Below are positions 27,811-42,200 of a DNA stretch of 64,000 nt, in pieces. The notes under the pieces were generated by a model. It did not search any database. It worked only from the letters and a program-made list of their open reading frames with translations, and was not told where the DNA came from. The DNA lies in assembly GCF_009914755.1 (NCBI RefSeq), contig NC_060927.1; one strand, 5' to 3'. The translations under genes and the position numbers were made by a program. This DNA comes from the human T2T-CHM13v2.0 reference genome, Homo sapiens. How positions within the stretch are numbered: the stretch's first letter is position 1; the number at the start of each line of letters is the position of its first letter.

Positions 27811-29673
27811 TCAGGCATGGGTAGCATTCTTAGTGATTCATCAAAGAAAATGGTTATTTCTGATTTTAATATATTACAGTATTTATGCTGTGTACAAGTG
27901 AAATTTGTCAATGAGTGGATTTGTGCGCATTGTAATTTTGGTATCCACACATTGATGTTATTTGAAAGGATAAATGCAGACCACTGAACTTTTAAGAATA
28001 CTTAATGTAAACAACCTCTGCTTTTTCTTTTGTATGCAATATTAAATATATTACAATGACTCTCCAAAATTACTTATTATTTTTTCTGTGTAATGGAAGA
28101 CATTTTATCTTTGAATTGCAAATAACAGTTGCGTATCTGCTTCATGATAGAGCTACAATAAAAGTTAAAGAGTAATCATTATGAGGTATGAGACAAAATT
28201 GTAAATTAGTAATATTATAATTTTATAATGATAATGTCATTGTTGCATTTATCTTCTAGAACTATTCTTTATTCTCCACACCCCCACCCTGGGGTTCTAT
28301 CTTCCATAATTTTTGGTTATTTTTTTCTTTGTATTTTTTAAGCAGTTTAACCTTTTAACCTTTCCTCATCTATCTTTTTGGTAGTTTGGTACTGCAATGA
28401 ATCATAATTGATATTCAAAAAACTGGCATAGTAGAGCCACATTTCTTACCACAATCTGGCCTTGTGTATTTTCTCATCTCAGAGCTTATAGCAAGAGAGC
28501 ATTCTCCATATGAGGGGTTGAAAGTTTCCATATTGAAAATGCCTACCACTTGCCAGGAGGAAGAGCTGTCCTAGGCTGCCCATATTCAAACAGCTTGCTA
28601 GTAATGGTATACCAAATGTGTAAAAACATTAAAAGGTAGAATTAAGTCCAATTTCCCTTAAAGCCCTTGGCTCCCTTTTATTCTTTGCTAGTTGGAAATA
28701 AGCATTCATTTGCCAGAAGCTGATTCTTGGATCTCAGGGATTTTATTGTTGACAAACAAAAACTTACTTGTTTATCTCAGGGACTGGGAGGGTGGTAGAT
28801 GTCAGGGAATGGAATCTGCATGTGCCCAGAACCTAATCCAAACCCATAAAGAAGCAAGAAAAATAATAGAGTGGTACGTTGACTCAGTAAAAATATATTT
28901 TGTGGGTCAAATTGGGGTCAAATGAAGCTTCGACATTTCAAAAATAGCTAGTTTGAGATATTTTTCACAAAAGGTCACTGGAGGCAAAGGCATTGAATTA
29001 TAAATATAATGTAAAGTAGGGATCACTTTATAATGTAAAGCACAGCTAGAGTGAAATAAGCCTTATTAAGCCAGAATTCTGAAAGAGGTGCTGCTGTCCT
29101 ATTTTTGCCAGTCTAAGGACCCTTGATTATAATAATAAGATAATATCTACTAATTCTGTTAATGAAAGCAAACAAGTTTGTGAAACGTTCTTTAAGATGT
29201 CAGAAAGCTGTGTGGGGAATGACTGAGCTCATCCTCTAGAATAAAAACTGATTATAATGTACTCTGCATACCTACATACTATATTCTGCAATTTTACATG
29301 TAATAGATTCAGATATCAATTGCTGCTTCTCCTCACTAAAGAACAAGTGAAAGCCTTTTACTACTGTGGCTATGAGAATAATTTTGGTCCAGTTGGATCC
29401 TATTCTGTATGTGCTAAAGAGTTATTAGAGTTAACCTTTGTGTTTTAACATGAGTCCTTTAACACTTTTTTGTGAAATACTATTAAACTTATTAAGAGAA
29501 TCAGGAGCTAGGAACACTATTGCTTGGCTACTTCACACCTAACATTATATGAGCTCCATATTCATAGAAAGATACGATACTTCATTTTAGCTATGATACA
29601 GTTGAAATATTTAATATTTTTTCCAAGACTGACACAGAATGCCAAGTGTAATCAATAGAAATACCAATTATAA

Positions 29674-32600
29674 ACCAACTATGATCCAAAAATATAAAGA
29701 AGGGCATTACATAATGCTAAAGGGTTCAATTCAACAAGAAGACCTATCCTAAATATATATGCACCAAACACAGGAGGACCCAGATTCATAAAACAAGTTT
29801 TTAGAGATCTACAAAGAGACTTAGATAATCACACACTAATAGTGGAAGACTTCAACACCTTGCTTGACGTTACTGGACAAATCATTGATGTGGAAAACTA
29901 ACAAAGATATTCAGGACCTGAACTCAACACTTGACCAAATGGACATAATAGACACCTGCAGAACTCTCCACCTAAAAACAACCAAATATACATTCTTCTC
30001 ATCTGCATATGGCACATACTCTAAAATTGACCAGTCAGCCATAAGACAACTCAGCAAATTCAAAAATACCAAAATCATGCTAGCCACATTCTTGGACCAC
30101 AGTGCAGTGAAAATAGAAATCAATACTAAGAAGATTGCTCAAAACCATATAATTACATGGAAATTAAACAACCTGCTTCTTTTTGTATAAACAATGAAAT
30201 TAAGGTGGAAATAAAAAAATTCTTTGAAACTAATGAAAACAAAAGTACAACATAACAGAATCTCTGGGACATAGCTAAATCAGTGTTAAGAGGAAAGTTT
30301 ATAGTACTAAATGTCCCTATCAAAAAGTTAGAAAGATCCCAAATTATCAACCTAGCATCACATGTAGAAGAATGAGAAAAACAAGAGCGAATCAATCCGA
30401 AAGCTAGTAGAAGACAAGAAATAACCAAAATCAAAGCTGAATTAACTGAAATTGAAACACACACACACACAAAAAATCATACAAGAGATCTATGAATCTA
30501 GGACTTGTTTCTTTGAAAGAATAAGATTGATAGGCTGCTAGCTAGACTAATAAAGAGAAGATCCAAATAAACACAATCAGAAATGACAAAGGGGACATTA
30601 CTACCAACCCCACAGAAATACAAAAATCCCTCCGAGACTACTACAAACACCTCTCTGCACACAAACTAGAAAATCTACAAGAAACTGATAAATTCCTGGA
30701 AACATAAAACCTCCAAAGATTGAATCAGGAAGAAATAGAATCTCTGAGCAGACAAGTAATGAGTTTTGAAATTGAATCAGTAATAAAAAGGCTACCAACC
30801 AGAAAAGGCCCAGGAGCAGACAGATTCACAGCCAGATTCTACCAGATGTATAAAGAAGAGCTGATACTATGCCTACTGAAACTATTCCAAAGTTAGGAGC
30901 TCCTCACTAACTTTTTCTATGAGGCCAGCATCATCCTGGTAGCAAAACCTGCTAGAGACACAGCAAAAAAACAAAACTTCAGGCCAAAGTCATTGATGAA
31001 TGTAGAATCAAAAATCCTCAACAAAATACTAGCAAATGGAATCCAATAGCACATTAAAAAGCTAATCCACTAAAATCAAGTAGGCTTTATCCCTGGGATG
31101 CAAGGTTGATTCAGCACATGCAAATCAATAAATATGATCCATCAAATAAACAGAACTAAAACAGAAACCACATGATCATCTCAGTAGATGCAGAAAAGGC
31201 TTTTGATAAATTCAACATCCCTGCATGTTAAAAACTCTCAACAAACTAGGCATTCACGGGATATACCTCAAAAAAATAAGAACCATTAATGACAAACCCA
31301 CAGCCAACATCATACTGAATGGGCAAAAGCTGGAAGTATTCCTCTTGAGAACCAGCACAAGACAAGGATGCCCTCTCTCACTACTCCTTTTCAACATCGT
31401 ATTGGAAGTCCTGACCCAAGCAATTAAGCAAAAGAAAGAAAAAAAAGGCATTCAAATAGGAAAAGAGGAAGTCAAACTATCTGTTTGCAGATGACATGAT
31501 TCTGTACCTAGAAAATCCCATAGTCTTAGCTCCAAAACTCCTATATTTTGTATCCTGAAACTTTGCTGAAGTCATTTGAATTTCCAGAATCTGGAGTTTC
31601 AGCAAACTTCCAGGATACAAAATCAATGTACAAAAATCAGCATTTCTATACACTAACAACATTCCAGCTGAGAGCCAAATCAAGAACACAATTCCATTCA
31701 CAATAGACACAAAAAGAATAAAATACCTATGAATGCAGCTAACCAGGGAAGTGAAAGATCTTTATAATGAGAAGTACAAAATACAGCTAAAAGAAATCAG
31801 AGATGACACAAACAAATGGAAGAACATTCCATGCTCATGGATAGGAGGAATCAATATAATTCAAATGGCCATACTGCACAAAAGGATTTACAGATTCAGT
31901 GCCATTTCTATCAAACTACCAATGATATTTTTCACAAAATTGAAAAAACTATTTTAAAATTCATATGGAACCGAAAAAGAGCCCAAATAGCCAAAGCAAT
32001 CCTAAGCAAAAAGAACAAAGCTGGAGTCTTCACATTACCCAACTTCAGACTATACTTCAGGGGCACAGTAACTGAAACAGTGTGGTACTGGTACAAAAAC
32101 AGATACTTAGGAACAGAATAGAGAGCCCAGAAATAAAGCTGCACACCTACAACCACTCAATCTTTAACGAAGTCAACAAAAGCAAGCAATGGGGAAAGGA
32201 CTCCCTGTTCAATAAATGGTGCTGAAATAACTGGCTAGATATAGGCAGAAAATTGAAACTAGACCCCTTCCTTAGAACATATACAAAGATCAACTCAAGA
32301 TGGATTAAAGACTTAAATATAAAACCTCAAACTACAAAAACTCTGGAAGATAACCTAGGAAATGTCATCCTTGACATAGGAATGGGCAAAGATTTCACGA
32401 CGAAGATACCAAAAGCAATTGCAACAAAAACAAAAATGGATAAATGGGACCTAATTAAATGAAAGAGCTTCTGCATAGCAAAAGAAACTATCAAGAGGGT
32501 AAACAGACAACCTACAGAATGCTAGAAAATATTTGCAAACTACGCATCTGACAAAGGTCAATATCCAGAATCTATAAGGTACTTAAACAAATTAACAAGC

Positions 32601-33468
32601 AAAAAACAACCCTATAAAAAAGTGGGAGAAGGACATGAACAGGCACTTTTTAAAAGAAGACATACATGCACCCAACAAGTACACAAAAATGTGCTCAACT
32701 TCACTGGTTGCTAGAGATATGCAAACCAAAACCACAATGAGATACCATCTCATACCACTCAGAATGGCTATTATTACGAATTTAAAAAATAACAGGTCCT
32801 GGCAAGGTTGTGGAGAAAAGGAATGCTTATACACTGCTCATGGGAATGTAAATTAGTTCAGCCATTGTGAAAAGCAGTTTGGTGATTTCTCAAGGAACTT
32901 AACACAGAACTACCATTTGACCTTATAAGATCAAATAAGCAATCTTATTACCCATACCCAAAGATATATAAATTGTACTACCATAAGACAGATTCATGTG
33001 TATGTTCATTGCAGCAGTATTCACACACTCAAAGACATGGAATCAACCTAAGTTCCCATCAATGGTAGACTGAGTTAAGAAGATGTGGTACATATACATC
33101 ATGGGATACTATGCAGCCATAAAAAAGAATAAGATCATGGCCTTTAGAGCAACACAGTTGGAGCTGGGTGCCATTATCCTAAGCAAACAAATACAAGAAC
33201 AGAAAACCAAATGCTGCGTGTCCTCACTTATAAGTTGGAGCTAAACATTGCGAACACATGGACACAAAGAAAAGAATGGAACAGCAGACACCAGGGCCTA
33301 CTTACGGCAGAGGTTGGGAGGAAGGGAGGATTGAAAAACTACCTATCAGGTACTATGCTTATCATCTGGGTGATGAGATAATCTGTTCACCAAACCCCCA
33401 TGACATGCAATTTACCTATATAGCAAATCTAGACACGTACCCCTGAACCTAAAATAAAAGTTTTTTTA
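29674..33468 (+). mobile_element. 5'-truncated LINE-1, L1PA15/16-like (most of ORF2 + 3'UTR), inactive
   Basis: Multiple ORF2 peptides on + ([28 protein letters not shown]); 3'UTR gaaaaactacctatcaggtactatgc; TSD aaataccaattataa (29659-29673) / aaatcccaattataa (33469-33483). Confidence 0.95.
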
Positions 33469-33929
33469 AAATCCCAATTATAAGCTGCTTTTTGGTGATG
33501 GGCAATGTTTTTTTTTTTTTTAATGAAGGAAGATCTTTTCTGAAGATTTCTTTTTAAATTTCTATTTGTAAGGAAAATAAGCATCTGTGATAATTTGTTC
33601 ATAGTGAGGGAAAGGACATTCATCTGAATAAATGGACCCAGATAAATAAACTGAGCCACTGTAATTTGCTAGTAGTCTGAAACAAGTTCACATCACAATA
33701 TTTTTAAGTCAGTGTATTAAGCTGCACCCATACTATAATGGCAAGACATACAAGAATTCTCTATGGCAAACTGTAGTGCCGTGGTATGAGTAGGATAGTA
33801 AAATTGAGTTTAGGATATCTGAAGGACACAAGAATGTGACAGTAGGTATATGGAAGCCACTTTCACCTGTAGTTTACATGAACATTATTTCTGCAAACTC
33901 AATACAAATCTCAAAGGAAATAACAGCAA

Positions 33930-34140
33930 TAATGGCTAAGATTTACTGAGTGCTTTTTATCTGCCAAGCATTACATTAAGTATTTTACTGGGATCAGTGT
34001 ATTTAATTTGCACATTCACTCCATGAAGAGATACCTTTATTAACCCCATTTTACATATGAGAAAACAACAGTTTAGAAAGGTCAAACATCTATAGTTAGT
34101 GATAGTGGTGGATCAGTGATGCTCATTATTTTACCCACAA
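33930..34140 (-). mobile_element. MIR
   Basis: aataatggctaagatttactgagtgc...ccccattttacatatgagaaaac. Confidence 0.8.
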
Positions 34141-34599
34141 CAGTGTACCACCTTCATACTCATATTCTTTTGTCTATTTAAAAAAATCTAATCTTTATAT
34201 TAGACTTCTAATACATCTAAATTCTCTTTGAATTGATTTGCTAGTTTATATTAAATAACGAGAGATGTACAGCTGAATCAATTCTTAGGGAAGCATCTGG
34301 CAAAGTTGCACTAGAACACTGTTGTCCTTTGTTTACAATTGGTTGTTTAGACTAACCAATACAAATAACTCAATGTAGAAAATAATGGAATTGGAAAGAG
34401 ATAGTCATGGAATTTGTGTCTTGGCTTCTAGCCATAACATAGAGTATATATTAGTCTTTGTGAAATAGTGACATGGTAAGTTTGGTTCAGTTAATTTCAT
34501 GTTTATATTATACTGTTTTACATGCTATATGTGTGTACACATACATAGGGAGACGGAAATACCATTTGACCTACTTAGCCGGTGAGTATTTTGCCAGTG

Positions 34600-34790
34600 A
34601 CTTAGCAGTACCCACCAAAATTTAAATGACCCAGCATTTCATTTCTAGAAAACACTCTAGAGAATTATTACATATCTCAAAAGATGTGTAGAAAAATATT
34701 TATCACAGCATTGTCTGTTAGTGTATTATAGTGGAGAATTGGAGACAACTTTAATATCTAGTAATAATGGAAATAGTAAAATATATTACT
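34600..34790 (+). mobile_element. Old L1ME-like fragment
   Basis: tgacccagcatttcatttctag...atatttatcacagcattgt. Confidence 0.6.
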
Positions 34791-34799
34791 AATATGACC

Positions 34800-35975
34800 C
34801 AGTCACACAAGTTTTCTTTCAAGCCCTCAAATTCAATAAGCTTTTTTCTGCTTCAGAACCTTTGAACATGCTCTTCTCTTTCCCTTCTCCCTATCATACC
34901 CCTCTCTCTGCTCTTTCCATGGCTGACTTACATAAAGGATCTCATCTTTAATGTCACCTCCTTGTAATTTAGAATTGGTCTAAAAGAGATAGAAAAGTTA
35001 GGTTAATATTTAGAAATTGGTGAAGATTTTTAGAGAGGGTGGGAAGCTCAGAAATAATATGAGGTTCAGAGATGGAATGAGGCTTGTGATACCGTGAGGT
35101 TGGGATGGGATGCGTACTGCGACTGGGTGACCCTTGGGAATGGGGTATAAGACAGAAGGCTTGGTAGGGAGTGTTAGACATACATTGAGACTTTCTGATG
35201 GGAGAGAGAAAGGGTAGAGGAGGTAAAAGATGGTATTATGGAGGGGTATGTCAGGCTCAGGGCAGCATGAATCTGTGGGATACATTAAAACTCAGGGATA
35301 ATATGAGACTCTTCAGTGAGGAGTGTTAGTGCTGCTATTAAAAAATACCTGAGACTGGGTAATTTCTAAAGAACAGAAACTTATTTCTCACAGTTCCTGG
35401 AGGTCCACGATATAGGCACCAGTAGGTTCAGTATCTGGTGAGGGCCAGGAGGCTAGAAGTCCAAGATTAAGGCACCAGAAGGTTTGGTATCTGGTGAGGG
35501 CCAGGTGTCTGCTTCCAAGATGGCACCTTGAACTTTGCACACTGCAGCTTCACCGTAGAAGGGGTTGAAGGGGTCTAGCTAGTTCACTGTAGCTCTTTTA
35601 TGAGGCACGAATCTGATCCATAAAGGTGGATCCCTCATGTCCTAGTCACCACCTAAAGGCCTCACTTCTTATTACTTTTGCATTGGGGATTAAGTTTCAA
35701 AATGAATTTTGAAGGGGATAGGACACAGACATTCAAACCATAGCAGGGAGCAAAGGATGGATTATAAAATGATAAATTTGCACCATCTCAGAAAAGCTTT
35801 CCCTGTCTGCTATAATCTATAGTAGCTATCCCTTCTTCCATTGTTACTACGACCTAATTATTTTATTTATTGTCATGAAGTTTGAGATCATATGTAACTT
35901 ATTCAACACTGTATCCTAATCACCTAAGACAGTACTGGGAAACATAGCAAGTATTCAGTACATTTGTGAATGTCT
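34800..35975 (+). mobile_element. L2 3' region split by a purine-rich segment and an MST LTR
   Basis: cctttgaacatgctcttc...aatgtcacctcct (to ~34965) resumes at catctcagaaaagctttccctg...cacctaagacagtac (from ~35780). Confidence 0.6.
35324..35745 (-). mobile_element. MaLR solo LTR, MSTC/D-like
   Basis: gctgctatta...tacctgagactgggtaattt ... cattcaaaccatagca. Confidence 0.9.
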
Positions 35976-36151
35976 TGACAGAGAAGGAGTCTGTGGTATA
36001 TTGTTGGTTGAAAATTCTAATTTTCAGGTTAGTGCCAATAGTATGATGCTATTTTTTAAAATTGCTACATATATTTATCAATGTGTGTTTGTATTTGTGT
36101 GTGTGTGTGTATTTGAATTATATATTTCACTGAACCCAGAAGAGGGTCTGA

Positions 36152-36660
<509 letters not shown>

Positions 36661-36860
36661 TAGCAACATGTGGCTATTTACATTTAAATTTAAATTGATT
36701 ACAGTAATATGAAATTAGAAATCCAGTTCCTTGTTCATACTAGCCACATTTCAAGTGTTCAGTAACTACATTTGGCTAGTAGCTATCTTATTTGGACAGC
36801 AGAGATAATTTAGCACATTTTCATCATTGCAGAAAGCCCTAGTATACATCTAGCTCTAGA
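36661..36860. mobile_element. MER3-like hAT-Charlie MITE
   Basis: catgtggctattta...ctagccacatttcaagtg...tcatcattgcagaaag. Confidence 0.8.
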
Positions 36861-37209
36861 GACTGTTCTTACCCATTGTGTAACATTGCCTTCTCTCATT
36901 CCAAGCTGTGGACTAGCTCCCCCTGCAAAATGGAAGTAAAGGTAGACACTTTCAGATTTTACTCTATACATTTCTTTTCTATGTTACTTATTTTCCTCCA
37001 ATAAACAAGTGCTGTTTTTGAAATTTTAAAAAAATTAGTCTTTCCTCAAAAATAGAGTAAGAAAGAACAGTGAAAACATTGATAAAGGATAGCTGCAATT
37101 AATTTACTAATTGTAACCTAACTGATAGAAACTCAAAAAGATGTTTCAGTCTATTTGCCAGAAAATAGTAGAATTTTCTTCTTGTAGAGGTATACTGTAG
37201 AGTTACATA

Positions 37210-38346
37210 CAGTCATACCACATAACGATGTTTTTTGGTCAGTGATGGACCATGTATACCATGGTGGTCCTATTCAGTTATAATGGAGCTGAAAAATTCC
37301 TATGGCCTTTTCATCATAGGTCATAGGTGTCCTAAAATGTCATAATTCAGTACATTATGTGTTTGTGGTGATGCTGGTATAAACAAACTTCCTGCAGTGC
37401 CAGTTGTATATAAATATAGCACATATAATTATAGACAGTACATAATACTTGATACTGATAATAAATGTTACTGGTTTATGTATTTACTGTATCATATTTT
37501 TATTATTCTGGAGTGTTCACTTTCTGTGTATAAAAAAATAGTTAACTGTAAAGTAGCCTCAGGCAGGTTCTTCAGGAGGTATTCCAGAAGAAGGCATTGT
37601 TGTCATAGGAGATGACAGCTCCATGCATGTTATTACCCTGAAGACCTTCCAGTGGGACAAGATACAGAGGTGGAAGCTAGTGATATTGATGATCTTGACA
37701 CTGTGTAGGCCTAACCTAATATGTGTGTTTGTGTCATAGTTTTTAATAAAAAAGGTTAACACATAAAGAAAAAAGAAATTTTTAAATAGGAAAAAGCTTA
37801 TAGAATAAGGATATGAAGAAAGAAAATATTTTTGTACAGCCATACAGTGCATCATTTTAAGCTGAGTCAAAAAGTTAAAAGTTTATAAAGTAAAAAAATT
37901 ACAGTAGATAGATTGCCTAAGTATATAGTGTTTATAAAGTCTACAGTAGTGTATTGTAATGCCCTAGGCCTTCACATTCAATTAACCGCTCATTGACTCA
38001 ACCAGAGCAGCTTCCATTCCTGCAAGCTCCATTTATGTTAAGTGTCCTATGCAGCTGTCCATTTTTTAATCATTTATACAATATTTTAATGGTATCTTTT
38101 CTGTGTTGAGATATATTTAGATACACAAATACTAAACATTTTGTTACAACTACCCATAGTATTCAGGTACAGTAACATGCTATACAGCTTTGTAGCCTAG
38201 AAACAGTAGGCTATACTGTATAGCCTAGATGTGTAGTAGGCTATACCATCTAGATTTGTGGACGTACACCCTATGATGGTCACACGATGAAATTCTAGCA
38301 ACATATTTCTCAGAACATATCCCCATCATTAAGAGACACACGACTG
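37210..38346 (-). mobile_element. Tigger3b-like DNA transposon, opposite orientation to the 18622 copy
   Basis: TA|cagtcataccacataacg ... tttctcagaacatatcccc...cgactg|TA. Confidence 0.92.
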
Positions 38347-38959
38347 TAACGGGCAGAGATGTCTGATGATTCTTTCTGTGGCTGAGTTTTCAGGGAAGGA
38401 GAATATCATCAGAAGAGAACCCTTTGCTTATTTCTACCCACAGACTTTCCTTAGTCCCACTGCTAGTGTAATCTGTTTTTCCAGGCTAGCATCAGAAAAC
38501 TGCTCTTTAAACCATTTATTTCTTTGTTTATTTATTTATTTACTTATAGATTGCGATAGGACGGAGAAACGTCTGGGTAAAAAACAGATTGCATGAGAAC
38601 GAGAAGAAATTGACCAAGAAATTGCATGTTTTGAGTATTCTCTTTTATTTCCCAAACTTAAGTGGCAGTAATTTATATAGCCACTTCAAGATCAGCATCC
38701 AGAACTCCTTTTCCTATTAGCAAATACTGGCTTTTAGTAATTCAACTAAGTGTATAGATTGCAGAAGCATTTCTGAATCACTTTAGATTTCCATTCAGGT
38801 AAAGAAACCGTGATATGTAAGATGTTTATGTTTTAAAATTGTATATAATAAATAGAGATACAGAGATTTATTGAAACCTATGTGATAAGGTCTTTGGCCA
38901 GTTCACAGAAACAAATTACCTTGAATTTCAGTTCAAATAAAATCATGGTTTAATTTTAA

Positions 38960-39220
38960 TTTAATTTAAATTTATGAACTTAATGAAAACTTACTGAACC
39001 TTTCTGTGTGTAGATAACATGGCAGTGTGAAATATGTGGAAATGAACAGTTCACACTTCCCATTTGAAGACACTCAGTATACTAAGTGTTATAGTACAAT
39101 TTTATGCAGGTGTAGAGGAAAGGGATTTAAGGTGGGGTAGGGGAAATTTAGGAAAAGTTAATGGAGAAGATGATGCAAGAGCTGGACTTTGAAAACAAAA
39201 AGGAATTCCCAAGGCAGGTT
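38960..39220 (-). mobile_element. L2 fragment
   Basis: cttactgaacctttctgtgtg...ggagaagatgatgcaagagctggactttgaa. Confidence 0.55.
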
Positions 39221-42200
39221 TGTTTGGGTTAGCAGAATCTACCTTGAGTAATTATAGCTAGAGTTTAATTATTTCAGTGCTTCCATCATTCATTTGACAT
39301 ATGCCGCCCTCAGAGTTTGACCATTCAATTTCTTCTGTAGTCAGAAAATATCTTACTAGCACTGAGAGGGTTTTTTCCCCCTTTCTACTACTTTTTATAT
39401 TTGGCCTATTAAAAGCTGGACGTTTTAGGCAAATCAGACCCTCATCAGTCTACTTTTTATAAACTTCGTATGTCCATATTTATACTGGCAATGATCTGAA
39501 GAGAGGAAGTATAGGCACAGTATCATCAATATTCAAAAAGTTAAGGCAAGTATATCTTTAAAATTTTTCTTTAAATGGTTATTATTTATATAACTGTTGG
39601 AGCTGACAGATGAATGACTTTAAGAGTTGTATTATAGATCTACTAAACCTAAAAATAAACTAGTAGAATATTTTCTATGTAATTAGTCCAAAAGCTCCAA
39701 AATCAGAAAATTAATAGAGGCAGAATTATTTTATGTCCCTCATTATCTGTTGCTTAGTGTAGTCATTCACCATTTTGTATATTAATAAACATTAATATAA
39801 GCTATTTTGTAAGTTTCTCTTTAAGTTAGAATATAAGAATTAAAGAACATTTGTCATTTGCTGACTCATACTTCTATCAAAGGTACATGCTGTCAGGACC
39901 AATTAGTTATCATTTATACTTTTCTCTGTTGTCCTCATTGGTTGGATCTAGATTTGCCTTTAAGCTGTATGTATGTTATTGATATTTTCTTTAAAGACTT
40001 CAGCTAGAGCCAGATGATAAAATGAGTTGTGCTGTCCAGCAGATACATTTACAATATTCAGCTGTTTGTAGGTGATTTTTCTAGGCTATAACAAAATAAA
40101 ACCTAAAGTATCATATTCACTCTGCTGTTTTTATGGGTGCTAATACACTTTGAATAAAACCCTCAGTTACTAAGCATTTTTGAGTCCCAATAAGACAGTC
40201 CCATGACATTAGTGGTATCTTTATAACCTTTTTAACTTCTAGTTTCTCTGACAGAGCTCTACAATAACAGCAATGGGTTTGCCCTTGGCAAGCAAAAACT
40301 CATTCTGAGAGGATAATAGGTATTTACTATTTAGATAGCTGGCAATAAAATTTCTCTCAATGAGATTTTCCTGAGAAACTATAAACTGATTAAATTACTT
40401 TCTTTTAATGGACTGGAAAAGCGTGTAATAATAGTTTGTTGAAGCTTTGCATTCAGTGTCTTACTTTCTTTTTTAGAGACACTGAAGCAGTCTGGTTTTG
40501 GTGAATTATGGGGGTTGGTAGAAATTACTCTCCATAGTATAGCTTATTCTTGGTTTTTCTCCAAATAAAAAAAAATTTAGAAGTGAATTCTGTAAGGATA
40601 AAAAGGATGTGCTCATTAATATGTCCACTTCAAACTTTATTTTAATCAGAAGTAAAATTTAGCAGTTTTATGCCTCAGGAGTTCTGTTTTTAGGAAATAT
40701 ACCTCAACTGAGACATAAATGTGGAAAATCACTCTGCTTTTCAGATTGACACCTTTTAAAACTTATTTTAAATAAATGAAAATTAAGAAACAATTTTCTT
40801 TGTTGCTTAAAAACTAAAATGGAAGTTATTTTTACTAGCATTGATTATTAATAATGTGTTCCTATTTTATGAGTTATTTAACAAGAGACTTGTTTAGTGA
40901 TCACTAAATTTGGACCTTATAAAATTCAGCATAGCAATTCGTTATATAAACTATAAGAAAGAAATTTCACACTAGTCTTGATAGAAAAGAAATACTTAAA
41001 ATGTAACTCATTATTATAAAACTTGATTAAGGAGCTTCTCAAAATTCCACTTAATGTGAATTTTGTCAATAAATGTCAACCAAGATAAATAATTTATATT
41101 TCTTTAAAATGTGTAAACGTACAGAAAATATATTTGATAATTCATACTGTAAACATTTTTCTTTAAAGACAAATCCATTATAGTCCTTGGGGGTGACAGC
41201 TTGCAGAATATCTTTCAAGGCCATGAATTTTTCAGGGAAGTGCATCAAATTTAGTATTTTTATTGGTAGTCAGAATTTCATATTTGTTGCTATAATAAAA
41301 TTGTGATTGAAATGGGACCTTGAGTATCTTGTCCTTATGTGAAGTACTTTGAATTTGAATATCACACTGATCCTAACTTAGAGCACATTCATTTTCTCTT
41401 AAGCCTTTGGCACTGACACATCCATTGCTGACATTGTTTTTCATTCCAGCAAATCTGTGCTGTTGGCACCAATAGGTACAAGGGACACTAGTCATGACAG
41501 TAAAGAAATGAAGAGAGAAACAATAATATTTATCTTCCCCTCTGAATGATCTAATTCAGTCACTGCTACAAACTATAAAATACTTGATATTTAGCTTTTA
41601 TTGGGTCAATTGTTTTGTCGTCATGCTTTTTTCTCCCTCACTTCTCAGGGTTATAATAAATAAACATCAGTGAAATATTGTGAAATAATGGCTTGTCTAG
41701 TAAATTTACTGTAATTAGTTTTCAGCTTACCTGGGAAAAATTTAAATAGAAAATTGAGATTGAAGTAGAAACTCATTTCTTTAATATACAGTTCTACTTT
41801 AAATGTGATAATCCTGAAGTTATGTTGAAAGAAAAATTTACTGAAGTATAGCAAGGATATAAAGAATATACACTTGCATTTTAGTTCCTTATTCTTCAAT
41901 AACACATGAATACGGGTTGATTACATTTTTCAATTTGTTCCATTTGTCCTCCCTCAAACTGGGTAATGAATACTTACCTTAAAAAGTTTTCTTTTTCTTT
42001 AGTGTTTTAATGGCCACTTAGCAAAAATTTGGTGCTACTGTAATGGTTTTCAAGGAGTAAAGTCATTAAAGGAAAAAAATCACTGTGATTATTGTTATAC
42101 TCTGACTAAACTTCAACAGAAAGGAAAAAATGTAAATGTTTTCTGCATAAAATGTCTGAACTTAAAGCTTATTCTGGTAGAGAAAAATCAAGCTAGCAGA

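Noticed and set aside
39996-40071. Possible exon ttctttaaag|...|gtgatt with an open frame (LQLEPDDKMSC...)
   Set aside because: Weak AAG acceptor and weak donor; peptide not recognised
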